DNA of 63,722 nt, filler included, from Lenisia limosa (GCA_001655205.1; 11 parts of 11 records of this genome joined end to end with filler, not necessarily neighbours in it), one strand, 5' to 3'. Shown: positions 51,646-63,624, numbered from the whole stretch's first letter. The notes: a model not told the origin generated them from the letters alone. Translations and numbers: made by a program.

Positions 51646-51899
51646 GTCGTTTCCAAATTTTGATATTTACTTCTATCAGATGTGGTAGTAGAATAGTTAT
51701 ATCTGGAGACCTCGACCTGTCAGGTCTTTCTCAGCCTCTCCAGCGTGTGCTACTATTATTTAAAGAGAATTTTTTAAAACAAAAAAGTCTTGTGTTAAAC
51801 ATAGTTTAAACCCTAAACTTCCTATCCTACTTCGAGTCTTCCTTTTGTCCCAATAAACCCATTCCCCTGACCTTGAGTCGACATAACACGAGGCTATTT

Positions 51900-53250
51900 A
51901 TTACTCCAAACAACTCCCTCCATCGAGCCCAAAACCCGAGGAGGCCACCCAATGTTGATGCCCACACCCTGGGGTATAAAGTTAAGCCTGAGGATTTCGA
52001 ATGCCAAAAACCTGGATATTTTTATTGGCCATTATTACGGGTACTGAAGGAGCGCCAGATTTTCCCCAATCTATACCTGTAGCTGTAGTATGAATATGTA
52101 GTTCAGGCTGAACTACAGCCAAAGGCGGTGGGGACTGAAGGTCCCGATTGTGTCTATCCTCAAAATAATAGAGGTTATCCGAAACAAAACTTGTCCCATC
52201 AACTTTGTGCAAGTTTGATTTAGAAAGTTTTCTGGCTGGTTTTTTGAGTTTAGGTTATGCGAAGATTTCCTCCCAACTCTTTACCATTTATACATAATGT
52301 TGTTTTCCTGGATACAAGATTTGATTAATTATCCGCAAATAGAGACTTGTGAAAGAGACTGCTGCCTTGCAAAAAAACTCAACTTAGATCTCCCAAGGAC
52401 AAATAGGCTTATTATACAGCATACAACTTATATATTTGATATCCAGTAACAAATATTGATTATTGGAAGGGAAATGGAGNNNNNNNNNNACTGAGGACAA
52501 TCCGAGGACGAGAAAGTTGCCAAAAAAACTTGTTTTCAAAATAAGCTTTCAGAGGCTTTCCTTGCCGGAAGCCTTCGGAAGCGGGTAGTTTTTACTTCCG
52601 ACAAAGTTTACGGGAGCAAGTTTTTTTTCGCATAACCTCTAATGTATTAAACCGAGATTGGAATGGTATATTATGACGTGTCACAGTTCCTGCTCTGATC
52701 AACTTGCGCTTTCCTTATGTTTGCTATATTCGATAAAAAGTGCAGTGAGAATAAATGTTTAGGGAGTTAGACTTGAGTCAGCCCTCAAAAGGCTTTTTCT
52801 CCCCCGCAAAACACTTCTAGTTGAGCTTTTAGAGATTAAAAGGAGATTAGCTGCTCTCTGCGTATCGTTTGCGTATAAATACGAAGTTCAAAGTGAGTTC
52901 AAAGCTTTGAGACTTTGAAACAGCCAGAACTTGTCAAGAACAGAGCAGCAGAACTTGCTTTGAATACATGTTGAGTTTGAATTATGGAGGATTTAGTTGC
53001 TTTTAATGCGATGTTCCTAAAGTTAAATCCATTTACTTCAATACTAAATGATTAAATCACTTTAAATGTCAATAGAGCATTAAAGAGTTAATACGCTTTC
53101 CCTTGCCTCCTTTTAAAGTCCCTCTCTTCCTTCTTCCCACTGCTATATCGCTACCTCTCCGGACCTTTTCAATCTCGGTTGAATGCTATCAGGGAAGAGG
53201 GAAGCTAGAAGAGTACTCAAATAAGGACGGTCGATTGATTTTTCGACAGT
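51900..53250 (-). pseudogene. Possible highly degenerate non-LTR retrotransposon reverse transcriptase
   Basis: Weak motif order on the minus strand: KGPER (cf. PGPDG), NFRNIAL (cf. YRPISL), QVDQSRNCDT (cf. D.SKAFD), NLYYFED (cf. YADD), IQVFGI (cf. YLG), with many stops. Pattern recognition only. Confidence 0.3.
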
Positions 53251-53540
53251 ACCCTGATTTCTTCTTGGAGCTCGCCTTCAGCCGCCACAATACACAGCTA
53301 GTATACAGGTAAAAAAAAAAGTACAGATTCTGACAATACAATTAGGTGTCCCCCCCTGGCGACCCTTTGTCGAAGCAGCGAACCCCTGGCCATTATTATA
53401 CGTTCTTGAGAATAGAACCCAAAAATGGTCTTCCAAAATGTTTCATATATTTTGTGAAGATTGTTCTTGGGTTAATATAAGTAAATAAGATGGATCAGGT
53501 TGTACTGACTCAATAGAGTTGATTTATCTTTTATCAAACA

Positions 53541-54228
53541 GGCTCCGTAGAACCCGCCCTTCCTGTCATCGTCCGAAAATCGAAATCAGGTTGGCTATTT
53601 TTACTGACCAAATAAAATCCATATATTCTGTGATATTGTAACACCGCTGAGTTGAATGTTAATTCTCACGTCACCGTTTTCCTGGAAGTGTTTTTTTGTG
53701 ATGATTTTAAGGAGTTTTCTGGACAGATTTTTCATTTCATTTCCACACACAGGTAGTTTCCCAATAATTGTCCATTTTCTTTCGTTAACTAATCTCCCAA
53801 CTTCCTTGCCTAATGCGACTTTGACTAATGCAAATGGTTTTAAAAGTGCTTGACTGATCTATCCAGGTCATCCCTCATCCAGTTGCCGTGAACTCTGCTG
53901 CAGTCATAAAGCCATCCTTGTTGAGCACAACGCCAACTATATCCTGGCAGATGACGAGTCCAGCTCAGGGTCGGATTCTGGATCTGATGACGACAATGAT
54001 GGCAATGATGGCAATGATGAGGGTTTGGTTCTGTATTAACTTATTGTGTAGACAATCATGGCTATTTTGGTCTTTCTGTTGGTGCCACCCATTCAGAAGC
54101 TGAAAAGGGGAGACTCGATATGGGTTGGTGCTTTACAACTCAAACGGTTTAACTGTAATTTTAGATCCACCTCGAGATAATGCCACCTTGGCTGAAAGTG
54201 AGTGCCATTGGTGCCACTCAGAAGAGGT
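53541..54228 (+). CDS. Partial gene with acidic linker and Cys/His motifs (possible zinc finger)
   Basis: Exons GSVEPALPVIVRKSKS / SCRELCCSHKAILVEHNANYILADDESSSGSDSGSDDD / PPRDNATLAESECHWCHSEE. Confidence 0.4.
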
Positions 54229-54528
54229 ATGCCAAGGACAATACAAAGATAGAAAGTGACTTATATATAGACAAAACATGAATCACGGGACAAAACTGTG
54301 AATCAGGGACAAAACTGTGANNNNNNNNNNNNNNNNNNNNNNNNNNNNNNNNNNNNNNNNNNNNTTAATTAATTAANNNNNNNNNNNNNNNNNNNNNNNN
54401 NNNNNNNNNNNNNNNNNNNNGGGGGGGGGGGGGTTATACAGCTATACAGATCATGTATGCATGCATATTTACCCGGATATGAGGGGGGTATAACGGAGTG
54501 GTCCAAACTATGTTGCCATATTTTCAGT

Positions 54529-56395
54529 TTCGTCCGCTGACAATTCAGTTCTCCACAGCCCCTCCTGAAAACGGCACGATGGTCTGTGACCCTTGCCCAG
54601 CAGGCACGTTCTCTGTCGCCAAGGTACGTCACGCGCATTGACAATGTCACAATGCTGCCAAACACCGGGTGACTATCCACAGCCTTACTTACCATAACAG
54701 GCAGCCGGAACTACGACCTGCACCGACTGTGACCCCGGATATGCCGTCAACATCACTTCCGGTGCCTCTTCCTGTGATCCGTGTCTCCCTAGCTTCTACC
54801 AGGAATTTTCAGGTAGAATGGTTTGAATCCTGAAATTTACTCCCCAATGTTCACCCCCATGCGGAGCTGCAGAAGCGAGTGACCTTGGCTTTTGTTTGTT
54901 TTGTTGCTATCAACCCTCGTGTGTTGTCAGCCAACGGAGTTGACTTTGGGCTTTTTTTGTTTCCTAAATTTTCCAATTTTACTCCCCCCTCAGATTATTT
55001 GGTTCATGATTAGTACCTTTACGCTATTCTTCATCGAAGTTTCCTTCCTTTTACCCCCCTCAACCCCTCAACCTTCAGGTCAAGGATCCTGTGTTGCTTG
55101 TCCTGGTAACTCGCTTTCGTTTGGAGCTGCTGAAACCACGAAACTGGCCTGTGTGTGTCCTGATATGTTCTACGGCCCCGAAGGAGGTGAGAGGGGACTC
55201 TGTGCACTACAAAACACGGCCCTTCTTCGTTCAATATGGAATAGGAAGAACCTCACTACAAATCATCACTCACCATCAAACACCTCCACCAAGGGCTTCA
55301 CTTCGGTTTGGAAAAAGACTGAATTTCTCGATAAATCCTCGTAAACTATCGATACTTTCCCGAACGGAAGTGAAGCCATACCTCCACGCCATACTTGTTT
55401 TACTGACACCGTAGGAGAGGACTGTCGCCCTTGCCCTGAAGGCGCCTTATGTCCAGCTGGCTCCATCACCCCAGTAAGTCGCTCATAGAATGCCAATATC
55501 AATGCGTTGTTTGAATTGAACCTTGTTATTGTGTATTTATCCGTACTGCCCTTATTTCTCAGGTCTGTCTCGGTGGCACCTACCCCTTCAACGAAACGTG
55601 CATCCTGTGCCCAATGGGTGGGTCCGAACAGTATATTGTGTGGATTGACGTTTGGAATTACCCCCCCGCCGCCGCTTTCTCTCTCTCGCACTCTCTCGCT
55701 CCCAATAACACACCAGGTGGTGTATGCCCGGTCGGTGCCGACGTATATGCTGCTGAAGGCTTCTATATGAACAAGACCGAGCCTCCCTACGAGTTCGCTC
55801 TCATTCCCACCCAAGGCAATTTGGTACTTTGGGGCTTGCTTAGGTTTAATATTGGATTCCTAGGCAATTTGGTGCTTAGGGATGCCGCATTCCTTCTTCT
55901 TTTTTGCACTGAACTTTTCGTATCAAATTGAAGCTGTTCTGACTCTCCAGTCCTTCATTGTGGGTCCTCACACACTCAACGCCGGCGCTGACATTGAGTA
56001 CACCCTGCACGCCATACGGTCCGACGGCACGCACCGCACGTCTGGAGGCAACATTTGGCGTGTTGCGCTGGTGGACGACGAAACGTGGGTCTGGCACAAT
56101 AGGAAAAATGCCTTTTTGCTGACATGTTAAACACCGTCAGGCTTCTTGAGATGGGTATGGGACGCACCATAGTTGTACATATACATATTTATTATTGATA
56201 CTAATCATCTGAAATTTGATTTGGCACTTGGTAACCAGCTTTTTTAGAAATGAGACGTTTGAAGCCTTCAACCCTCAGAAGGACGTCATTATCCCGGTAT
56301 ATTCTAACACTGGTACAAGAAGACGTGGTGCCAACGAAACTGAGCCTGACCCAATTGCTGTACGGGGGGTATGAATACGGCTATTCATAACTATA

Positions 56396-56457
<62 letters not shown>

Positions 56458-58568
56458 NNNNNNNNNNNNNNNNNNNNNNNNNNNNNNNNNNNNNNNNNTC
56501 CACTTTCCCCCACTCATTTCCCAGACTCTGGCCGCTGAGGATCTGACTGACGGTACCTATCTCTTGACTGTTATGGTAAGTAAATCTTCCCAGTAGCAAT
56601 CCCTTTTTGGGCTGAGTTGCAATTAGATAACCCCGAGTTTTTTTTTTCCAGGGAGTGTTTCTCTGGTATTTTACATTGAGTTTTCCTCAGCAGAAAACTT
56701 CGAGCAACAAAAGGAAGACAATCACGAGCAAAAAACGAGGGGGAGGGAATTCGATTGGAAAACACTTGAGTCGGGATTTTTTTACTTTCCCAGTAGTTTT
56801 TCTGAAAAAATACAGCGAATTTTCTGGGAAAAGTTTATTTCCACTTTGCACTTCACCTTTCACCTCCTCGTAGGTGACCAAGGCTGGAACATTCCGCTTG
56901 GAAATCGAGCTGACTACCGGTCCTCTCCAAGGCCCTCTGCTCAACGCGTCTATCCCGGTTCGACCCTGCTCATACTCTTCTTTATTTATTCTCCTCTTTG
57001 TTTCTTCTTTTATATGTTGACCTCTTTAGATTACCGTTATTCCTGGAGAGACATCCGCACTCACCAGCACCATGGAGGGACCCGGAATGGCTGAAGGTGG
57101 GTCTACGTACAGTGACTAGGATAAGTCTTGACCTATTTTCCTTGGGAAACCATAGAGCAAATCGGTCAATATTTATTCCGGGTACTGTATACTTCTTTAC
57201 ACGGCATAGAACTTTTGGTGCCTTTAACGAATAATGAAGTTGATCAAATGAACACAATTTAGTTGTTTCAATGACCCTCACAACTCAGGAATGGCTTACA
57301 CCCCCACGTATATCACCATCACTGCCCACGATTCGCACGGCAACCCCAACACCCTAGGCCTCAACAGTGACGACGTGTTCCTCGGTGGGAGGGGGGGGTC
57401 AAATTGGAATATTTATGAAACANNNNNNNNNNNNNNNNNNNNNNNNNNNNNNNNNNNNNNNNNNNNNNNNNNNNNNNNNNNNNNNNNNNNNNNNNNNNNC
57501 CTCGAAAACTATCGATATTTTCCCGGGTTTTTTCAAACCGAAGTGAAGCCAGGGTACTGAGCGTTTTTATTACTCTGTTGAAACATGGGCTGACTTTGTA
57601 GTTGAAGTCCGAAGGGTGCCTTACGAAGATGGCGACCCGTCCATTGCAATTGTGGAGGAGTTCATTGAGCCCGGCGTGTACAAGTTCTCCTGGGAGTTTG
57701 TTCTCGGCGGTGTCTATGAGGTTTGCAGTGCTCTTTTGCTACACCAACCTACGTATGCAAAACGGATACATTTCTTTTGAACAAGAGAAATAATATACAT
57801 TAGAAATCTAGGGAAATAAATAAATACATAGGGATACCATAAACAAATTACCATACTTCCGCGCCCACGCTCCTTGGTGCCCTCCGCCCCAGATACATTG
57901 GGATATCACCAAACATCACTCATCCAGTAATATCTTTAGGTTAAGGGGACTCTTGGACCCTCCCAGCTCTTCCAATCGCCACGATCCATTCCCGTCGGCT
58001 CAATCTGTCCCATCGGGTCGCAGCCAAAGGACGGCGAGTTCAACGGGCTGTGTGTTGACTGTCCTTCGGTAGGAGGGCGTGCCGCCATTGTTGTTTGGTT
58101 GCGAGCAAGAGAAATAATATAATATATCGATATCGATATATACATTAGAAATCTAGGGGAAACAAATAAATACAAAGGGATACCATCAACAAATTACCAT
58201 ACTTCCGCACCCACGTTCCTTGGCACCGAATCTCGTTGCCTGTTTGCTCAGCGTAGCTCACGTTCTTAGGACACATACGACCAAAGAGACAGCATGTTTG
58301 CCCTCGATGTCCAACCCTGTGCTGAATGTGAAGTCTTCCAATGCGCTGTAAGCATCGGCAATATACAGAAGATCTCCTGTGTGTGTGTTTTTTTTTTTCT
58401 TCCCCATTCTCACCTCCATTTCAACTGTACGAGTTGTTATTGTTGTTATTCCCTCCCCAGTCATGCCCAGACGCCACGACTACTGCTGGAGTTGAAGGCG
58501 CCACCAACATCGCCTTTTGCCTCTGCTCTCCATCGTACTACGGCCCCAACGGCGGGCCTTGCACCGGT
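54529..58568 (+). CDS. Large cysteine-rich surface protein (TNFR/Ephrin_rec_like-type repeats) with filamin-like Ig repeats (partial, about 16 exons)
   Basis: CDPCPAGTFS, CTDCDPGY, CVACPGNSLS..ACVCPDMFYGPEG, CRPCPEGALCPAGS; then HTLNAGADIEYTLHAIRSDGTHRTSGG, EDLTDGTYLLTV, ITVIPGETSALTSTMEGPG, ITITAHDSHGN; then CPIGSQP..CVDCPS and CPDATTT..GATNIAFCLCSPSYYGPNGGPC. Confidence 0.75.
55293..55377. mobile_element. GGGCTTCACTTCGG-TIR MITE (subfamily A) in intron
   Basis: GGGCTTCACTTCGG...CGGAAGTGAAGCC with the family core. Confidence 0.85.
56401..56457. repeat. (CT)n microsatellite
   Basis: Directly visible; runs into a gap. Confidence 0.95.
57110..57187. mobile_element. CAGTG-family MITE flanked by TA
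   Basis: TA-CAGTGACTAGGATAAGTC...TTTATTCCGGGTACTG-TA. Confidence 0.75.
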
Positions 58569-58892
58569 TGGTGGCTCACGTAGTTGATGTGCACTTGGTG
58601 NNNNNNNNNNNNNNNNNNNNNNNNNNNNNNNNNNNNNNNNNNNNTTAATTAATTAANNNNNNNNNNNNNNNNNNNNNNNNNNNNNNNNNNNNNNNNNNNN
58701 TAATCAATATCTCTTAAACAATGATTACGAGGGTATAACCCCTTGATTATTTCAAATTGCTTCATAGTATATTTTGTCCTAGTGTCCCTAGTGTGAGCCT
58801 CTTATCGCAAGCAATGCCTAGGCATTTGATTGCTTGAATATATAAAAGACATGACTAACGAAATAACATGACACGTGTATACTGGCAATATC

Positions 58893-59753
58893 AGGGTTGA
58901 TTACCTTGCTGGGGAGATGGCACCATTGTTAGGGGGGTTTCGAGTGTTGTTGGAGCAACATAAGCGAATTCACCACGATAAGGAGATGGAGAAGGGTAAT
59001 CGGACTCTCTTTCACACTTGTTCAGCTATTCAACTCTTTTGCCTCACTATTGTCTTTTTAGTTTATTCTCTTCTAATATGCTCCTATGCCACGATAAAGG
59101 CTGAGAAAGGCTGCGAAAATTGGCAAAAAGGCAAAAGGGGTAATTACTAACAATCGTTTCCCCAGGAAAACGCATTATTAAATCAATGATACTTCCCTCG
59201 CCGGCGGAACTCAGAATTCTTAGGAGGACCCGGCGGCGGATCGGGAAATTCCAAAATTGCATTTTTGGTTTTTGGTATTTTCTGATTATTTTATTACTTA
59301 GCAAGCGAACAACAAATACTGAAACAACAAATAACGACAGCAGAACGGCAATCTAAAGTTTCTTAGCTCTCTGAGCAATGCTCCAGTCGATCGCTCTTGG
59401 CCTTCTCTTGTGTCTCTTAGCAACAGCATTTAGGTTAGCCTTGCTATGGGTCCTTTCTTCCATTGCTATTGTGCATATCCTTCCCTCCCGTCCATTTCAG
59501 CTCTCTTCTGAATTCTGTTTATCTCCTTATATTGCCGGTGAGAAATGCTTCATAATCTCGTCGCATGAGTATTCAAAATATGAGTGTTGTGTAGCTCTTC
59601 ATGGTTTATAGTAAAACAATGCTAACCACCCAATCTTAATAATCAGCATTTGTCTCATATAGCTTCCAATTAATCATCCAGTGTGTCTGTCAATCCGTCA
59701 GGTCTGTATTCCTTCGAAGTGGTTGAGGCGGTATCGGACCATGAAGCAACCCC
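58893..59753 (+). CDS. Partial multi-exon gene, unknown product
   Basis: Probable exons VDYLAGEMAPLLGGFRVLLEQHKRIHHDKEMEK, LSSEFCLSPYIA, LYSFEVVEAVSDHEATPL with GT/AG borders; frames not fully resolved. Confidence 0.35.
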
Positions 59754-60265
59754 GCTTGTGGGTGGGTGTATTCCTAATCTCTCTCTGTATATGGGGGTAT
59801 GTTAAAGCTCCAATATAGATATTTTACGACAAGGGAAGCCCTAATTAATTATGCTAATCAATGGCTGAGGTTTTTTTTTTTTTTTTTTTATGGTATCCCT
59901 CGGNNNNNNNNNNNNNNNNNNNNNNNNNNNNNNNNNNNNNNNNNNNNNNNNNNNNNNNNNNNNNNNNNNNNNNNNNNNNTATATTCAGTGACCTGTATAA
60001 GTCTTGACCAATTTTCCTGAGGAAATCATAGAGCAAATCGGTCATGACTTATCCCGTACATATATGATATACTATGAAAGACTATGATATATCACACTGT
60101 CTATATATCTGTGAATTGTCCTCTATCTGTGAAAAAAAGCCAAATGAACATTTTCCTTGATAGAANNNNNNNNNNNNNNNNNNNNNNNNNNNNNNNNNNN
60201 NNNNNNNNNTTAATTAATTAANNNNNNNNNNNNNNNNNNNNNNNNNNNNNNNNNNNNNNNNNNNN

Positions 60266-61816
60266 CTACCTCGAAATGGCCCAGGTCCTAACCGAAGATA
60301 TGGTGAGGGGTGACAGGCACTTAGGTTCGAAAAAGACCGGTTTAATATCGATTTCTTTCGGCTCCGTGCAATTAATTATATCACCCGTCACCATACCTTA
60401 AGTAGGGATATGGTGATATCATGGCATTATGAGCTACATATTTATGGCTCACTGTTCAAAAGAGACTGAAACTCTCGATAAAACTTCGATAAATATCGAT
60501 AGTTTAACAGTTTTTTTTTTTTTTATTGTATATTGTATTGTGTTTTGTATTTTTAGGTCCACATTACTAAGGCTCCATGCAATTAGTTGCACGGAGCCCT
60601 AAAATTACCCTGCGTGGAGAATAGCCTAAACAGTGATATGTTTAGGGATATGATCATATGATCGACTTTCAAGTCGAAAAACTTAACGGAGAAAATACGA
60701 GGGTTTATTCAGAGTGTATCAGAGTTTCATTGTGACTTATCTATCTATTTTCACACGAGGGGAAACAAAGTATCGCAAGCTTGTTCAACTAATTATGTTT
60801 TCTCTTTTAACGTGGCAATCATCCCCTCCCGCCACCAGCCCCGCTCAACATAGCTGATTTTGGGATTGTTTTTTTGTTTCATAATTATCTAATTTANNNN
60901 NNNNNNNNNNNNNNNNNNNNNNNNNNNNNNNNNNNNNNNNNNNNNNNNNNNNNNNNNNNNNNNNNNNNNNNNNNNNNNNNNNNNNNNNNNNNNNNNNNNN
61001 NNNNNNNNNNNNNATCACGTGCATTGCCCTGTTCCTTACCTTGTTATTGGGTGGGTGGATTGGCATTGATTTACTGAAATGCGGAGTGTAGTGTTATTTT
61101 AGGGCACCAGATTCCGCAGGGTAAATATTCATGAGAAACAGCTCTAATATGGAAATTCTAAAAATGAGTGTTGGGATGTGGTGCTGCAGAAGCAACTGGT
61201 TTGGGCTTTGTGTGTTTTGTGCTATCAACCCTCGTGTGTTGTCAGCCAACTGAGTTGATTTTGGACTTTTTTTGTATCATAAATTGTCTAATCCCCAGCC
61301 CTATTCTTCTACCCGGTGCTGCGAATGGTGTCACGTGACCGTGACAATGGCGTGGCCCTCTTTGATGCCGTGCCGCGGAGCCTCATTCGTAGTCACGTGA
61401 CTGCTGTCAAGGTGAGGGAATTGTGACTGCTGTCAAGGTGAGGGAATTGTGACTGCTGTCAAGGTGAGGGAATCGTATGCCCCTCTGCAGACACTTTAAT
61501 TTCAATTTATATCAATTACATTGGACGGAGTTAATATCACAACAAATCCATAATTAACCTTATTTTCAGAAATAATCTTTATTTGACGTTAGCAGTTCGA
61601 ATTTGATTGAAATCTATTTTCTCAAGCAGTCTTGCATTTATTGTTCAATCTTCTCAAGCAATCTTGAATTATTATTCACTTCCCGCAACATCCGGATTTA
61701 CCTCGTCCCTACAGGGAGAAATCAAGGTCATTGACAATCGCCTAAGTACCTCGGATGAGAATGAAGAACTGGAGGACCACGAAGAAACCAAATCGTCTGT
61801 TACTGCTTCTTCAACT
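60266..61816 (+). CDS. Partial multi-exon gene, unknown product
   Basis: Exons YLEMAQVLTEDM / GYDHMIDFQVEKLNGENTR / ALFFYPVLRMVSRDRDNGVALFDAVPRSLIRSHVTAVK / GEIKVIDNRLSTSDENEELEDHEE. Confidence 0.5.
61397..61473 (+). repeat. 26-bp tandem triplication spanning an exon/intron junction
   Basis: (GTGACTGCTGTCAAG|GTGAGGGAATT) x3. Confidence 0.9.
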
Positions 61817-63467
61817 GTGGGGGGGGGGGGGGGGNNNNNNNNNNNNNNNNNNNNNNNNNNNNNNNNNNNNNNNNNNNNTTAATTAATTAANNNNNNNNNN
61901 NNNNNNNNNNNNNNNNNNNNNNNNNNNNNNNNNNAAACAACTTAATCACATGATGCTCGCCTCCCCCCCCCCTCACCTCAATCACATGATGCTCGAGGTT
62001 CAAGTCAAGGGGCGATACGTAGATCATAGGGCTAGCTTCAATGACCCCTTTGAAGTAGTACCGCTCGCTCTTGTCTTGGAGGTTTTCTCGCGATACCTGG
62101 TTTGGGGGGGGGGGGGGNNNNNNNNNNNNNNNNNNNNNNNNNNNNNNNNNNNNNNNNNNNNNNNNNNNNNNNNNNNNNNNNNNNNNNNNNNNNNNNNNNN
62201 NNNNNNNNNNNNNNNNNNNNNNNNNNNNNNNNNNNNNNNNNNNNNNNNNNNNNNNNNNNNNNNNNNNNNNNNNNNNNNNNNNNNNNNNNNNNNNNNNNNN
62301 NNNNNNNNNNNNNNNNNNNNNNNNNNNNNNNNNNNGAATACTGGCGTAAAGGTACAAATCACGAAACATAATAGGTAAGATGAATAATAATTTTAAAAAA
62401 TAATCCCAACAAAAAACCTGTTGGCTAAATATTTGAAAAAAAAAAAGCCCTGGGTAGTCAATCGTGAAATCCCCTAAACTAATCCATTACAGGCTGACCC
62501 CCACGGCGCAGCCAATGCCCTCCTGGCAACTCTTATCTCCCTCCATGCTCAAATGAACGCTTGGTCCAAATGGAGGACCTGGAAAGCAACTCCCCCAGCA
62601 CGACCCCCTACTCCACACAGTCCGCGGGGCCAAGGCCAAAGTTGAAAAGCTTCGTGAATGTTGTGAAATTACTGCTAATAATGGCGTACAATGAGGACAG
62701 TGGATGTATTTTTGGTAATTGCACAAGATTTTCAGAAGTTAACGTGAAAGTGGAGAATGGAATAGTATTTCAGTGAAAAAACCAATTTGCACTTCATTCA
62801 GCTCCCCTATCTCTCTGTAAAAGAACTAACGGCCTCTACCGCTCCTCAGTAGCCTCAGTCTCCGCCCAGTCACTCCAGTTGTTTTTTTAAGGCACTTTTA
62901 TTAATGTTGTTTCGAGGTTTTAAGGACATCCTCCTCCTGAAGAAATATATTACAGAAGCAGCAAGGTAAGCAATATCAATATTTATAATACCCAAGTTTT
63001 ACTTATTTTTCCAGGTCCTTCGCAGTCCTTTATTATATGATGATGATGAAAAAAAGACGATAATGAAGAAGCATGAAACCCACAGATTTCAATTATTCTG
63101 GTATCGTGTTACAACTCTCTTTTAGTTGACAGGTGTTACTGCGCCTAGGGCAATGGGTGGATTTCCCAGACACCATGTAAAATACATTATGACCTTTTGA
63201 GAAAAAGCTCTGATGGACTGACGGTTTGTAGGGATGCTATTTACAATTGGATTTAGTAAAACTGACGCTATTTCCAGTGCCTAAATACCATTTTAGGTTG
63301 TTTCTTTTCCCCCCTTGACTTGGTTTGCAGTATTTGAGATAGATAGTTGTCATCAAGATAACGGAAGTATGGTAATTGGTTTCTGGTATCCCTATGTATT
63401 ATTGTTCCCCTAGATTTCTATCTAATTTATAAATGTATAAAATTTCTCTTATTAAAAACAATACCCA

Positions 63468-63562
63468 GGGTTTCCCTACGGTCCGAAAAAGACTGGTAAA
63501 ATATCGATATTTATCAAGGATTTATTGAGAAAATAGATATTTTTGAGACCGGAGGGAAGCCC
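63468..63562. mobile_element. GGGCTTCCCTACGG-TIR MITE (subfamily B)
   Basis: GGGTTTCCCTACGGTCC...GACCGGAGGGAAGCCC; core inverted relative to the 23276 copy. Confidence 0.75.
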
Positions 63563-63624
63563 TCATAATATCCCTCCTCCATTACCTTTGCACCCCCATC
63601 TCCGATTAAACAACCAATATTAGC

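Noticed and set aside
51873-52082. GYFYWP motif suggesting a retroviral integrase zinc-binding domain
   Set aside because: No following C..C pair and no D,D-35-E core.
21931-61890. TTAATTAATTAA recurring ten times (21931, 31525, 38508, 41654, 44974, 47407, 54365, 58645, 60210, 61879)
   Set aside because: Always centred in 44 N + 12 + 44 N = 100 nt and gives stops in all six frames: an artificial contig spacer, not biology. Gene neighbourhoods across these points were not interpreted.
218-62776. Most ORF-track entries, especially those spanning N runs
   Set aside because: They are opposite-strand shadows, intron read-through or gap-bridged artefacts in an intron-rich genome.
62480-62780. GC-richer segment with open frames on both strands
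   Set aside because: Probably exonic, but strand and frame could not be determined, so no call was made.
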